From: Megasphaera elsdenii DSM 20460
Lineage (GTDB): Bacteria; Bacillota; Negativicutes; Veillonellales; Megasphaeraceae
DNA: 32,000 nucleotides
Direction: 5' to 3'
NCBI RefSeq assembly: GCF_003010495.1
Contig: NZ_CP027570.1
Coordinates: forward strand, 510,001-542,000
In this document: positions 15,770 to 24,740 of the stretch, piece by piece
Numbering within the stretch: the stretch's first letter is position 1
Layout of the letters: each line of letters opens with the position of its first letter
Made by a program: the position numbers and the translations under genes
Notes under the pieces: generated by a model
Database searches by the model: none
Seen by the model: only the letters and a program-made list of their open reading frames with translations
Told to the model about the DNA's origin: nothing

Positions 15770-16390
15770 TCACCCTTTCTTCATGACGTAATCGACGACG
15801 TTCCGGAGAAGCTGTTCGCCGACGCGGCCGCTCTTTTCCGGATGGAACTGGAAGCCCAGGACATTGTCTTTGCCGCAGATAGCCGGGACGGGCTGGCCGT
15901 AGTCGGCCGTAGCGATGACGTCGGGCGTATCGACAGGCGATTTATGGTAGGAATGGACGAAATAGACGTACGGATGGGCCGGCAGGCCTTTCTGGAGCCA
16001 GTGTCCCTGACGAAATTCCAATTCATTCCAGCCCATGTGGGGCACTTTCAGTTTCGTGTGGAAAGGCACGATGTCGCCGGGCAGGAAGCCCAGGCAGTCA
16101 TAGGTACCGCCTTCATAGCTCTTTTCAAACAGGGCCTGCATGCCCAGGCAGACGCCCATGAAGAATTTGCCGCTTTGGACCTGTTCCTGAAGGAGCGGGA
16201 TGAGGTCGAATTTCTGTAAATTCCCCATGGCATCGCGGATGGCACCGACGCCGGGCAGTTCGACCATGTCGGCGTCGCGGATGACAGCCGGGTCGCGGGT
16301 AATGACCGCTTCGATGCCCAGGCGCTTCCAGGCATTGTATACGTTGGCCAGGTTGCCAACTTCATAATCGATAATCGCAATCTTCATCAT
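15770..16390 (-). CDS. hisH: Imidazole glycerol phosphate synthase, glutamine amidotransferase subunit
   Basis: LPGVGA, GVCLGMQ and FQFHPEKS. Confidence 0.93.
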   Translation of the reverse strand: MMKIAIIDYEVGNLANVYNAWKRLGIEAVITRDPAVIRDADMVELPGVGAIRDAMGNLQKFDLIPLLQEQVQSGKFFMGVCLGMQALFEKSYEGGTYDCLGFLPGDIVPFHTKLKVPHMGWNELEFRQGHWLQKGLPAHPYVYFVHSYHKSPVDTPDVIATADYGQPVPAICGKDNVLGFQFHPEKSGRVGEQLLRNVVDYVMKKG

Positions 16391-16971
16391 AACACCCCTT
16401 TTGTCGACAAGACACTCGTTTCATCGCCTTCGATGCGGACGGCTTCTTTCAAGGCATGGCCCAGCCCTTTGAACACCGATTCGACGATGTGGTGGGCATT
16501 TTCGCCATAGAGATTGGTGACGTGCAGGTTCATGCGTCCGTGGTCGGCCAGGGCATAGAGAAATTCCTTGAGCATTTCCGTTTCAAAGGTCCCGATGCGT
16601 TCGACAGCGAGCTTCACGTCATACACTAAGTACGGCCGGCCGCTGAGGTCGATGACAATCCGCGTCAGGGCTTCGTCCATGGGGCAGTAGAACATGCCAT
16701 AGCGGTTGATGCCCTTCTTGTTGCCCAGGGCCTTGGTCAGGGCATCGCCGAAGACGATGGCCAGGTCCTCGATGGTGTGATGCGTGTCGACGTCGAGGTC
16801 GCCGTGGACGTGGAGGGTAATATCCATGCCGCTGTGGCAGGCCAGGAGGTTCATCATGTGGTCGAAGAAGCCGATGCCCGTCGTACCGCCGAAGGTACCG
16901 GAGCCATCGATGTTGAGGGAGACGGCGATCTGCGTTTCTGCCGTTTCCCGTTCGATCTGGGCACTACGCAT
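16387..16971 (-). CDS. hisB: Imidazoleglycerol-phosphate dehydratase (monofunctional)
   Basis: RETAETQI, GFFDHM and HHIVESVFKG. At 194 aa there is no fused phosphatase domain. Confidence 0.93.
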   Translation of the reverse strand: MRSAQIERETAETQIAVSLNIDGSGTFGGTTGIGFFDHMMNLLACHSGMDITLHVHGDLDVDTHHTIEDLAIVFGDALTKALGNKKGINRYGMFYCPMDEALTRIVIDLSGRPYLVYDVKLAVERIGTFETEMLKEFLYALADHGRMNLHVTNLYGENAHHIVESVFKGLGHALKEAVRIEGDETSVLSTKGVL

Positions 16972-18040
16972 TTTTCTTCGCCTCCTCGGTCATGACGGCG
17001 ACGACCTTGCGGACGACTTCGTCAGTGGTAATGGTGATGCGCAGGCAGTTCTTGAGGTTTGCTGCCTTATAGGAACGGACGCAGATGTCGGCGTCGTGCA
17101 GGGCCTTGACCATGGCCGGGCCGTCGGGGACGCGGACCAGGACGAAGTTCGTCGAGCTGGGATAGACCGTAAGGCCGGGAACGTCCTTCAGGGCGTCCAT
17201 GAAATACTGACGGGCTGCCAACGTCGGAGGAATGTTGTGGGCCAGGATGTCATCGGCATAGTCCATGGCGGCCAGGGCGGCATTCTGCGAGAGGATGTTC
17301 AAGTTGTAGACGAGCTTGGTCAGGCCCAGGGCGTCGATGAGCTCTTTCTGGGCCACGCCGTAACCGACGCGGCAGCCGGCCAGGCCGAAGGCCTTGGACA
17401 GGGTGCGGATGACGATGAGGTTATCGTACTGGGAGAGCTTGGTGATGATGCTCGGCGCACCGGCAAATTCCAGGTAGGCTTCGTCGATGACGACGATATT
17501 GTCGGCAGCCTGGACCAGGCTTTCGACGTAATCCAGGGGCAGCAGTTCCCCTGTCGGGTTGTTCGGATTGCAGAGGACCGTCACTTTCGGCTGGACTTCC
17601 TTGACTTTGGTCAGGAGTCCGTCGCGGTCGCGGCGGTAGCCGTCGAGGTCGGATACGGTGACGACCTGGGCGCCGAGGACTTCGGCGTCGATGCCGTAGA
17701 TATCGAAGGTCGGCGTATGGGTCAGGAGGGTATCGCCGGGATTGAGGAAGGTATTCATGATGAGGCTGATGATTTCATCACCGCCATTACTGACGAGCAC
17801 TTCCTGAGGCTGGCATCCGACGTATTTGGCCAGGGCTGCCCGCAGTTCTTCGGCAAAGGGGTCGGGATAGTGGTACGACGGCGTCTTGGCCAGGCGTTCC
17901 AGAAAATCGGCCTTGACCTGGGGGAAATCAAAGATGTTATAAGGGCTTTCATTGGCATTGATGACGATATGCTCTTTGATTTCCGGGACGACATAAGGTT
18001 CAAAGGAACGGATTGTATTGCGGAGCCAGTTATTATTCAT
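16964..18040 (-). CDS. hisC: Histidinol-phosphate aminotransferase
   Basis: NPNNPTG and RTLSKAFGLAG (PLP-binding Lys), plus operon position. Confidence 0.92.
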   Translation of the reverse strand: MNNNWLRNTIRSFEPYVVPEIKEHIVINANESPYNIFDFPQVKADFLERLAKTPSYHYPDPFAEELRAALAKYVGCQPQEVLVSNGGDEIISLIMNTFLNPGDTLLTHTPTFDIYGIDAEVLGAQVVTVSDLDGYRRDRDGLLTKVKEVQPKVTVLCNPNNPTGELLPLDYVESLVQAADNIVVIDEAYLEFAGAPSIITKLSQYDNLIVIRTLSKAFGLAGCRVGYGVAQKELIDALGLTKLVYNLNILSQNAALAAMDYADDILAHNIPPTLAARQYFMDALKDVPGLTVYPSSTNFVLVRVPDGPAMVKALHDADICVRSYKAANLKNCLRITITTDEVVRKVVAVMTEEAKKNA

Positions 18041-19322
18041 CGATTCTCCTCCTTACTGCCAGGCCGTGTGCCTGCAATCCTTCGACATTGGCGAAACGCA
18101 TGACCTTGTCGGCGACGGCACCGAAGGCGTCCTTATCGTATTCCAGGAGGCTGCTGCGCTTGACGAAATCATAGACACCGAGGGGCGACGAGAAAGCCGC
18201 CGTGCCCATGGTCGGCAGGGTATGGTTCGGTCCGGCGAAGTAGTCGCCCAAGGGTTCTGTCGTATAGGGACCCATGAAGATGGCGCCGGCATTGACGATT
18301 TTTTGAGCCCAAGCTTCAGCGTCGCTGAAGGCGATTTCCAAATGTTCCGGTGCGATGAGGTTCATAATATCCACGGCCTGGTCCTTATCCTTGACAATGA
18401 AGAACTTAGCGTGCTTTTCAATGGATTCGGCAGCGATGTCCTTGCGCGGCAGTTCTTCCAGCTGGCGCCGGACTTCGGCTTCGACTTCGCTGGCAAAGGC
18501 GGCGCTGGGCGTGACCAGGAAGACTGCAGCCCGGCGGTCGTGTTCGGCCTGGGCCAGGAGGTCCGCAGCGACCCATACCGGGTTGGCATCGTGGTCGGCC
18601 AGGACGCCGACTTCACTGGGACCGGCAATCATGTCAATGCCGACGGTGCCGAAGACCAGGCGCTTAGCCATGGCCACGTAAGCATTGCCGGGACCGACGA
18701 TCTTAAAGACTGGCGGAATGCTTTCTGTACCGTAAGCAGCCGCGGCAATGCCCTGGGCACCGCCGACTTTATAGATTTCCGTAGCGCCGGCGACATGGGC
18801 CGCAGCCAGGATGTAGGGATTGACCGAACCGTCTTTGGCAGGCGGCGTGAAGACGGCGATGGACGGGACGCCGGCGACGTGGGCCGGGATGGTGTCCATG
18901 AGGACCGTCGACGGGTAGGCAGCCGTGCCGCCGGGAACGTAGACGCCGACGCGCTGGATTGGCGTGAACTTGGCCCCCAGGCGGACGCCGGGACGGAAGG
19001 TATCGATCCAGGTCTGTTCGACCTGCCGTTCATGATAAGCCCGGATGTTGGCGGCCGCTTCTTCGAGGATGGCCATGAAATCGGGACCGACGATGTCGAC
19101 GGCGGTGTCGATTTCTTCCGGCGAAACGAGGAAACTGTCCAAATCCACGCCATCGAAGCGCTTCGTATATTCCCGGACAGCTGCGTCGCCGCGCTGTTCG
19201 ATATCGGCCAGGATGGCTTCGACGGCTTTGCGGATGTCTTCACTTTCTGCCTGATCGCGTTTGGTAATGCGGCGAATGTCGCGTAAGGTCAACCCTTTAC
19301 TGGGTACATCTATCCATTCCAC
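18033..19322 (-). CDS. hisD: Histidinol dehydrogenase
   Basis: YVPGG.AAYPS, AQAEHD and GDY.AGPNH.LPT. Confidence 0.93.
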   Translation of the reverse strand: MEWIDVPSKGLTLRDIRRITKRDQAESEDIRKAVEAILADIEQRGDAAVREYTKRFDGVDLDSFLVSPEEIDTAVDIVGPDFMAILEEAAANIRAYHERQVEQTWIDTFRPGVRLGAKFTPIQRVGVYVPGGTAAYPSTVLMDTIPAHVAGVPSIAVFTPPAKDGSVNPYILAAAHVAGATEIYKVGGAQGIAAAAYGTESIPPVFKIVGPGNAYVAMAKRLVFGTVGIDMIAGPSEVGVLADHDANPVWVAADLLAQAEHDRRAAVFLVTPSAAFASEVEAEVRRQLEELPRKDIAAESIEKHAKFFIVKDKDQAVDIMNLIAPEHLEIAFSDAEAWAQKIVNAGAIFMGPYTTEPLGDYFAGPNHTLPTMGTAAFSSPLGVYDFVKRSSLLEYDKDAFGAVADKVMRFANVEGLQAHGLAVRRRIDE

Positions 19323-19338
19323 TCTAACTCCCCCTTAG

Positions 19339-19974
19339 TTATGCCTTCATGCTGTGTTCACGGATGACTTCCATGAGCTGCTGGATTTCGTCATATTTCA
19401 TCTTAAAAGAAACGGGATTGCAAATCATGCGGGCACTGAAATCCATGAAATATTTCAGGACTTCCAGGCCGTTGGCCTTCAAGGTGTTGCCCGTTTCAAC
19501 AATATCGACGATGACATCGGACAAGCCGACGATCGGTGCCAGTTCGACGGACCCGTTGAGCTTGATGATGTCGACGCTGTGGTGATTGGCTTCGAAATAG
19601 GCGCGGGCAATGCGCGGGTATTTCGTGCCGATAGTGATGCGCTTGGTCATGTCGACCTTCTTGCCGGCAATGCCGGCGACGGCCATGCGGCAGCGGCCGA
19701 TGCCCAGGTCCATGACTTCGTAGACGTCAGCGCCCGGCGCCTCTTCGATGAGGACGTCCTTGCCGACGATACCGACGTCAGCAGCGCCGCGTTCGACGTA
19801 GACAGCGACGTCGGGCGACTTGACCAAGGTCACTTTAAGCTGGCCCTTGGCGTCCTCAAAGATGAGCTTGCGGCTTTCTTCGGAATACGTCGGGAAATCA
19901 TAGCCGCTTTCGGCTAAATACTTCATGACTACTTTATGAATACGGCCCTTGGCCAGTGCAATATGAATCGCCAT
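19339..19974 (-). CDS. hisG: ATP phosphoribosyltransferase, short (HisZ-dependent) form
   Basis: 211 aa. LAKGR and ELAP.VGL.D.IVDIV.TG.TL. Confidence 0.92.
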   Translation of the reverse strand: MAIHIALAKGRIHKVVMKYLAESGYDFPTYSEESRKLIFEDAKGQLKVTLVKSPDVAVYVERGAADVGIVGKDVLIEEAPGADVYEVMDLGIGRCRMAVAGIAGKKVDMTKRITIGTKYPRIARAYFEANHHSVDIIKLNGSVELAPIVGLSDVIVDIVETGNTLKANGLEVLKYFMDFSARMICNPVSFKMKYDEIQQLMEVIREHSMKA

Positions 19975-19975
19975 G

Positions 19976-21193
19976 TTACAACCTCCCCATGAGTGCTTCC
20001 AATTCTTCGGCCGTCATGGCCTTACCGTCCTTATAGTACGAGCCGTTGCGATAGATAGCATGGATACTGTAATCGCCGCTGTCGATGAAGGACGAATCGG
20101 GATAGGCGGCGACGCGGAAGCCGCGGTCGCGCCAGTTCATGAGGTCCCGTACCAGGGTCTGGTCGCCCTGGGTGTAGGATACGGCCATCTGGAAGGACGG
20201 TTCCGTATCTTCCAGGAGGCCGGCATCGCTCATGTATTCATACAATAAATTGATGTTCATGCCGAAGCCGCAGGCCGGACGGTCGACGCCGAAGCGCGAT
20301 GACAACTGGTCGTAGCGGCCGCCGTCGATGATGTCGTACAGGGCGCCGTCGACGTAGACTTTAAAGACCGTATCCGTATAATAACCCAGCCGGCTGGCAA
20401 AGCCGAAGTCGAGCTGGACCTTATCGGCATAGCCGGCATAGAGGATGTAGTCATAGACCCGTTCCAGCCGCGACAAGGCGTTGAGCATGCCGCTGTTGAT
20501 GGAATAGTCCCGGGCCTTGCTCAAGGTCTGGGCATAGGGCCCGAAGAGGACCGGCAGGGCTTCCAGGGCCTTGCGGGCATCGGACGAAATCGGCAGGGAC
20601 GCGATATAGGACTTGCAGGCCACGAGGTTGCGTTCGGCCATATACCCCTTGAGGGTTGCCTTCTGCTCTTCCGAAAGGGGAAGGCCATCGAACAAGGCCT
20701 GCGTATAAGCGGCCGTACCGATGTCGATGCGGATGTTTTCGACGCCGACGGCTTTGAGGATCTCTGCTGCCGTGACGATGACTTCGCCGTCACATTCGGG
20801 GCTGGAGTCGCCCAGGATTTCGATCCCCCCCTGCAGGAAATCCTTGCCATACGTCGAGCGGCCGTAATATTCGCGGAAGACCGTGCTGACGTAGCCGAAC
20901 TTGAGCAGCTGGTTCGACCGCGGAAATTCCCGGGCCGCTGTTTCGACGATGGGCAGGGTCACATCGGGCCGCAGGACCAGGACCCGTCCGTCCGTATCGA
21001 TGGTCTTGACCATCTGCTGGCGGAGCTGCGGAAAGAAGTGCTGGTACACATCGTAATCTTCAAAACTCGGCGTTTCAATAATCTTACAGCCGTGGTTCAT
21101 AATAACGGAAATTATTTTTCCCTGGATCCGGTCATAATTGCGCATTTCATCATGGTGGAGCATCTTCACTCCATCCAAGGTATTGTTGTTCAT
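19976..21193 (-). CDS. hisZ: ATP phosphoribosyltransferase regulatory subunit (HisRS paralogue)
   Basis: LRPDVTLP and GGRYD blocks. First gene of the operon, adjacent to the short hisG. Confidence 0.88.
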   Translation of the reverse strand: MNNNTLDGVKMLHHDEMRNYDRIQGKIISVIMNHGCKIIETPSFEDYDVYQHFFPQLRQQMVKTIDTDGRVLVLRPDVTLPIVETAAREFPRSNQLLKFGYVSTVFREYYGRSTYGKDFLQGGIEILGDSSPECDGEVIVTAAEILKAVGVENIRIDIGTAAYTQALFDGLPLSEEQKATLKGYMAERNLVACKSYIASLPISSDARKALEALPVLFGPYAQTLSKARDYSINSGMLNALSRLERVYDYILYAGYADKVQLDFGFASRLGYYTDTVFKVYVDGALYDIIDGGRYDQLSSRFGVDRPACGFGMNINLLYEYMSDAGLLEDTEPSFQMAVSYTQGDQTLVRDLMNWRDRGFRVAAYPDSSFIDSGDYSIHAIYRNGSYYKDGKAMTAEELEALMGRL

Positions 21194-21256
21194 CCTATGA
21201 CCTCCCTTTCTTTAGTTCTTTATCTCAGTAAAGTATTAAAATATCAGCTGTTGAAT

Positions 21257-21265
21257 ATTGTACCA
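21257..21265 (-). promoter_or_regulatory. Possible extended -10 promoter for the his operon
   Basis: Minus strand TGgTACAAT about 64 nt upstream of the hisZ ATG. The -35 is weak. Confidence 0.35.
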
Positions 21266-21302
21266 CAAAGTCCTAAAAATAAAAATACCTTTTTCTAACT
21301 TT

Positions 21303-21518
21303 TTACGCTTTTTCACTTTCATCACCAGCACATTTTAATCGTTTCTTTACGGACTTTTCAAATTTAGGCCGGGGAATCATGACCCGGTGGCCGCAGCCAG
21401 TGCAGCGGATGACGAAATCGACGCCGATACGCAGCACCTCCCATTCATTGCAGCCGCAGGGATGGGCCTTCTTCATCTGGACGATGTCACCTACATAATA
21501 ACGGACAAACTCAGCCAT
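21303..21518 (-). CDS. DUF951 family protein
   Basis: GDIVQMKKAHPCG ... RCTGCGHRVMIPR matches the DUF951 pattern. Start at ATG 21518, with GGAGGAG 6 nt upstream. Confidence 0.75.
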   Translation of the reverse strand: MAEFVRYYVGDIVQMKKAHPCGCNEWEVLRIGVDFVIRCTGCGHRVMIPRPKFEKSVKKRLKCAGDESEKA

Positions 21519-21604
21519 CAAAACTCCTCCTTCAAAAGACAAATAGAATTATATATCATTATATAGCCCAAAAGCCCGGTCTGCAAGGGAATGGGCCGCC
21601 GCGA

Positions 21605-21633
21605 TTGACCTGCCATAGTGCCTGTGATAAGAT
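21605..21633 (+). promoter_or_regulatory. Sigma-70 promoter of the membrane/DUF1700/lipoprotein operon
   Basis: TTGACC 21605-21610, 17-nt spacer, TAAGAT 21628-21633. Confidence 0.5.
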
Positions 21634-21665
21634 AACAAGGAATGAATGAAAGAGGAGGAATTGCT

Positions 21666-21974
21666 TTGAAATCATCGATGAGCCGGCAGAGCCTGCGCCG
21701 GTCCTATCTCATCTGTTACATCATCGGCACGCTCTGTACGATTTTCGCCGTCGCCCTCCTGGGCTGGGTCGCCATCTGTATCGCCCTGGAAAAGGAACCC
21801 CTGGCGTCGGTCGCCTTTTTGCCGGACATGCCGGTATTCGCTATCTTCATCGTCATCATCGCCATCGCCGCCCTCAGCGTCGCGGCCTGGCAGCATGGTG
21901 CCACGTTCCACCAGCGTTATGAAGCACTCATCGGAAAGGAAGGGCCTGACAGCGTAAAGAATGAGAAAGAATGA
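21666..21974 (+). CDS. Small two-TM membrane protein (hypothetical)
   Basis: Two hydrophobic helices. TTG 21666 lies 7 nt after GGAGG (21654-21658). Alternative starts are ATG 21642 (track) and ATG 21678. Confidence 0.55.
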   Translation: MKSSMSRQSLRRSYLICYIIGTLCTIFAVALLGWVAICIALEKEPLASVAFLPDMPVFAIFIVIIAIAALSVAAWQHGATFHQRYEALIGKEGPDSVKNEKE

Positions 21975-22677
21975 ATTTATGGATCTCTTGCGCTATTATT
22001 TCCGCAAGAGCGATAAAAATGACTTGAAAGGCATCATCGAAGACTGCGAAGAACAGTTCCGCCTCGGTGCCAAAGAAGGCAAATCGGAAGAAGAGATCTG
22101 CTGCAAACTGGGGCATCCCAAGAATATTTACCGCTATTACATCGGCGAACCCATCGTGCCCGAAGACAACCCGCGCATGCCCGGCGACGAATACGGCGGC
22201 TACGGCGATTTCGGTCCCGGCGTGGAGGACCGCGTTTTCTACGACCAGGATCGCAGCGACGACTACTACCGGCAGCAGCAGCTGGCCCAGCAGCAGCGCC
22301 GCTACGACCGGGAACAGGTCATGCGCCAGCGCTATGCCGCAGAAGCCGCTAAGACCGGAAAGGATTTCAACTGGAACGACGGCAGCAGCCAGATGGGCCA
22401 AGCGGCCAAAGCCGTCGCCAGCCCCTTCATGGACATCCTCGGCACCTTATTCGGCATCCTCAGCGGCTTCCTCTACCTGGCCCTGGCCATCGTCATCCTG
22501 GCAGCCGTCGGCATTTCCTTCATCCCGGCCTATGCCTATACGGACCTCCTGCCCCTGCCGACCCTGTCCCTGGTGACCCGGGTTCTGGCCGTCCTGACGG
22601 TCCTCTTCGCCGCGATGACGGCCAGCTCGGCCAGCCAGGCCTGCCACGCCGCAGCCCGCGGAAAGGGGGCGCAGTAA
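21961..22677 (+). CDS. DUF1700-type membrane protein
   Basis: N-terminus MRKNEFMDLLRYYFRK..DLKGIIEDCEEQFRLGAKEGKSEEEICCKLGHPKNI matches the DUF1700 pattern. C-terminal TM helices. Overlaps the upstream gene by 14 nt. Confidence 0.7.
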   Translation: MRKNEFMDLLRYYFRKSDKNDLKGIIEDCEEQFRLGAKEGKSEEEICCKLGHPKNIYRYYIGEPIVPEDNPRMPGDEYGGYGDFGPGVEDRVFYDQDRSDDYYRQQQLAQQQRRYDREQVMRQRYAAEAAKTGKDFNWNDGSSQMGQAAKAVASPFMDILGTLFGILSGFLYLALAIVILAAVGISFIPAYAYTDLLPLPTLSLVTRVLAVLTVLFAAMTASSASQACHAAARGKGAQ

Positions 22678-23163
22678 ATGAAGCGCGTCCTCATCTGCCT
22701 CATCCTGACCCTGGCCTGCGCCTTCGGCAGTTATATGTCCTTCATGAGCAACGACTACGGCCCGTTGAAACACTGGATGGCCTACTATAAAGAATATAAG
22801 GAAATCCAGGGAGCCCTGGACAAGGGCAATGCCAGCAAGGCCGAACTCCTGGCCAAACTGAAGGCCATGTACCCGGAAAAGGCCGACCAGATTGAAGCCC
22901 AGTTCAAGGCCAAATACGGCAGCCTCAAGGACTCGGCCGAAGATGCCGGCGACACGGTAAAATCCAAGTGGGATGCTTATACCCGTGACGACAGCTCCAG
23001 CCGTAAGTCGTCCCAATCCCAGAGCCGCAGCAGCCAGCCGTCCTCTCCCCGAAGCAGCCAGATTCAGAGCAGCCGCAGCAGCCAGAACAGCCATCTGGAC
23101 AACACCTCTGACAATGAACGCAGCCATCGGACCGATAGCCACGACAACCATACAAGCCGTTAA
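22678..23163 (+). CDS. Putative lipoprotein with Ser/Gln-rich low-complexity tail
   Basis: Signal peptide plus lipobox-like LTLAC. ATG abuts the upstream TAA. 15-bp in-frame direct repeat AGCCGCAGCAGCCAG at 23023 and 23071. Confidence 0.6.
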   Translation: MKRVLICLILTLACAFGSYMSFMSNDYGPLKHWMAYYKEYKEIQGALDKGNASKAELLAKLKAMYPEKADQIEAQFKAKYGSLKDSAEDAGDTVKSKWDAYTRDDSSSRKSSQSQSRSSQPSSPRSSQIQSSRSSQNSHLDNTSDNERSHRTDSHDNHTSR

Positions 23164-23193
23164 ACTTTTCTACTAACAAATAACAATTATCCG

Positions 23194-23222
23194 TTGACAC
23201 CAAGGTTGAAAAGTGCTACAAT
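23194..23222 (+). promoter_or_regulatory. Sigma-70 promoter of rubrerythrin
   Basis: TTGACA 23194-23199, 17-nt spacer, TACAAT 23217-23222. Confidence 0.6.
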
Positions 23223-23290
23223 GAAATCAACCCAAAGAGGTGCTAAAAACTAAATTAAAATATAACTTTTTGTCAAGGAGGAAATGAATT

Positions 23291-23830
23291 ATGGAATTAA
23301 AAGGTTCGAAAACAGAAAAAAACTTACAGGCTGCTTTTGCTGGTGAATCCCAGGCCCGTAACAAGTACACCTACTATGCCAGCGTAGCTAAGAAAGCCGG
23401 CTACGAACAAATCAAAGCTTTCTTCGAAGAAACGGCCAACAACGAAAAAGAACACGCTAAGATCTGGTTCAAACTCCTCAACGGCGGTGAAATGCCCAAC
23501 GACATCAATGCACTGAAAGACGCTGCTGCCGGCGAACATTACGAATGGACGGAAATGTACCCGACCTTCGCAAAAGAAGCTCGCGAAGAAGGCTTCGACA
23601 AAATCGCCTTCTTATTTGAAAAAGTCGCTGAAATCGAAAAACACCACGAAGAACGCTACCTCGCTCTCCTGGCTAACGTCGAAAAACAGGAAGTCTTCAA
23701 GAAATCCGACAAGAAGACCTGGATCTGCCGCAACTGTGGCTTCATCGTAGAAGCTGTCGAAGCTCCGAAAGTCTGCCCGGTCTGTGCACATCCCCAGTCC
23801 TTCTTCGAACTCCGCAACGTCAATTACTAA
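23291..23830 (+). CDS. rbr: Rubrerythrin
   Basis: N-terminal diiron four-helix motifs ([29 protein letters not shown]). C-terminal rubredoxin CxxC...CxxC (CRNCG, CPVCAHP). Confidence 0.92.
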   Translation: MELKGSKTEKNLQAAFAGESQARNKYTYYASVAKKAGYEQIKAFFEETANNEKEHAKIWFKLLNGGEMPNDINALKDAAAGEHYEWTEMYPTFAKEAREEGFDKIAFLFEKVAEIEKHHEERYLALLANVEKQEVFKKSDKKTWICRNCGFIVEAVEAPKVCPVCAHPQSFFELRNVNY

Positions 23831-23963
23831 GCAGTTGTTCGTGGCTCGTAAAAATGGCCCCTGCCAAGGGCATGGCTAACGAGGTTTGATGTATGATGTT
23901 TGAGGCGATTGCTTTAAATTTAAAAACATCCCCATCAAACATCAAACTTTCAACTTCAAACGC

Positions 23964-24000
23964 AAAAAGAGGCTGTCGCCAAGGCGACAGCCTCTTTTTG
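23964..24000. terminator. Bidirectional terminator (GGCTGTCGC family) shared by rbr and the response regulator
   Basis: AAAAAGAGGCTGTCGCC-AA-GGCGACAGCCTCTTTTT. Confidence 0.7.
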
Positions 24001-24708
24001 CTATTCTTCTACGCGGAAACGATAACCGTTTCCCCAAACGGTTTCGATAGCCGTAAATTCCGGCTGGACTTCGTTGAGCTTGTCCCGCAGGCGGTTGACG
24101 TGGACCGTCACCGTCGCCAGTTCGCCCAGGGCATCGAGATGCCAGATCATTTCAAAGAGGTACTTCTTGGAGAAGACCTGATTGGGATGGCGGGCCAGGA
24201 ACAAGAGCAGGTTAAATTCTTTGCCAGTCAGATTGATTTCTGTTTTTCCCCGGAATACCTGGTGGCGCTTGATGAAAATACGCAAGTCGCCGACTTGGAT
24301 ATCCGGCTTGTTGTCATCGGCATCCTGGAGACGTACCCCTAACAGTCTCTGATGGATTTCCAGATGAGCTTTGAGGCGGGCCATCATTTCCGATGGATTG
24401 AAAGGCTTGACGATGTAGTCGTCTGCCCCGAGCCCCAAGCCCTTAATCTTATCGTCGTCGCTCCCCCGAGCGGTGATGAAGAGAATGGGGACGTTGCTGA
24501 TATCCCGCAGTTTGCGGCATAACATGAAGCCATCCGTGTCCGGCAGGCCGATATCCAGCAAGACCGCTTCGATAGTTCCGCTGTCAAAGATCTTCATGCC
24601 TTCCTTCCCCGTCATGGCTACGGATACTTCGAAGCCATTGGCCTCGAGAAAGTCCCGTTCGATGGCAGCAATCATGCTGTCATCTTCAATAATCAAAACG
24701 TGCGCCAT
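24001..24708 (-). CDS. OmpR/PhoB-family response regulator (no adjacent histidine kinase)
   Basis: Receiver domain IIEDD, LLDIGLPDTDG and KPF. Winged-helix C-terminus ending VWGNGYRF. Confidence 0.9.
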   Translation of the reverse strand: MAHVLIIEDDSMIAAIERDFLEANGFEVSVAMTGKEGMKIFDSGTIEAVLLDIGLPDTDGFMLCRKLRDISNVPILFITARGSDDDKIKGLGLGADDYIVKPFNPSEMMARLKAHLEIHQRLLGVRLQDADDNKPDIQVGDLRIFIKRHQVFRGKTEINLTGKEFNLLLFLARHPNQVFSKKYLFEMIWHLDALGELATVTVHVNRLRDKLNEVQPEFTAIETVWGNGYRFRVEE

Positions 24709-24740
24709 AACTATACCCCCTCGTTGTGCTTCCGGTCAGG

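Noticed and set aside
21194-21302. T-box, attenuator or leader-peptide control for the his operon.
   Set aside because: The hisZ upstream region is only ~108 nt. It has no T-box core (AGGGTGGTACCGCG), no His-codon-rich leader ORF and no terminator/antiterminator pair.
23171-23193. Possible PerR/Fur-type box (AAATAACAATTATCC) upstream of the rubrerythrin promoter.
   Set aside because: It matches only about 4-5 of 7 positions per half-site of the 7-1-7 consensus TTATAATnATTATAA. That is too weak to call by eye.
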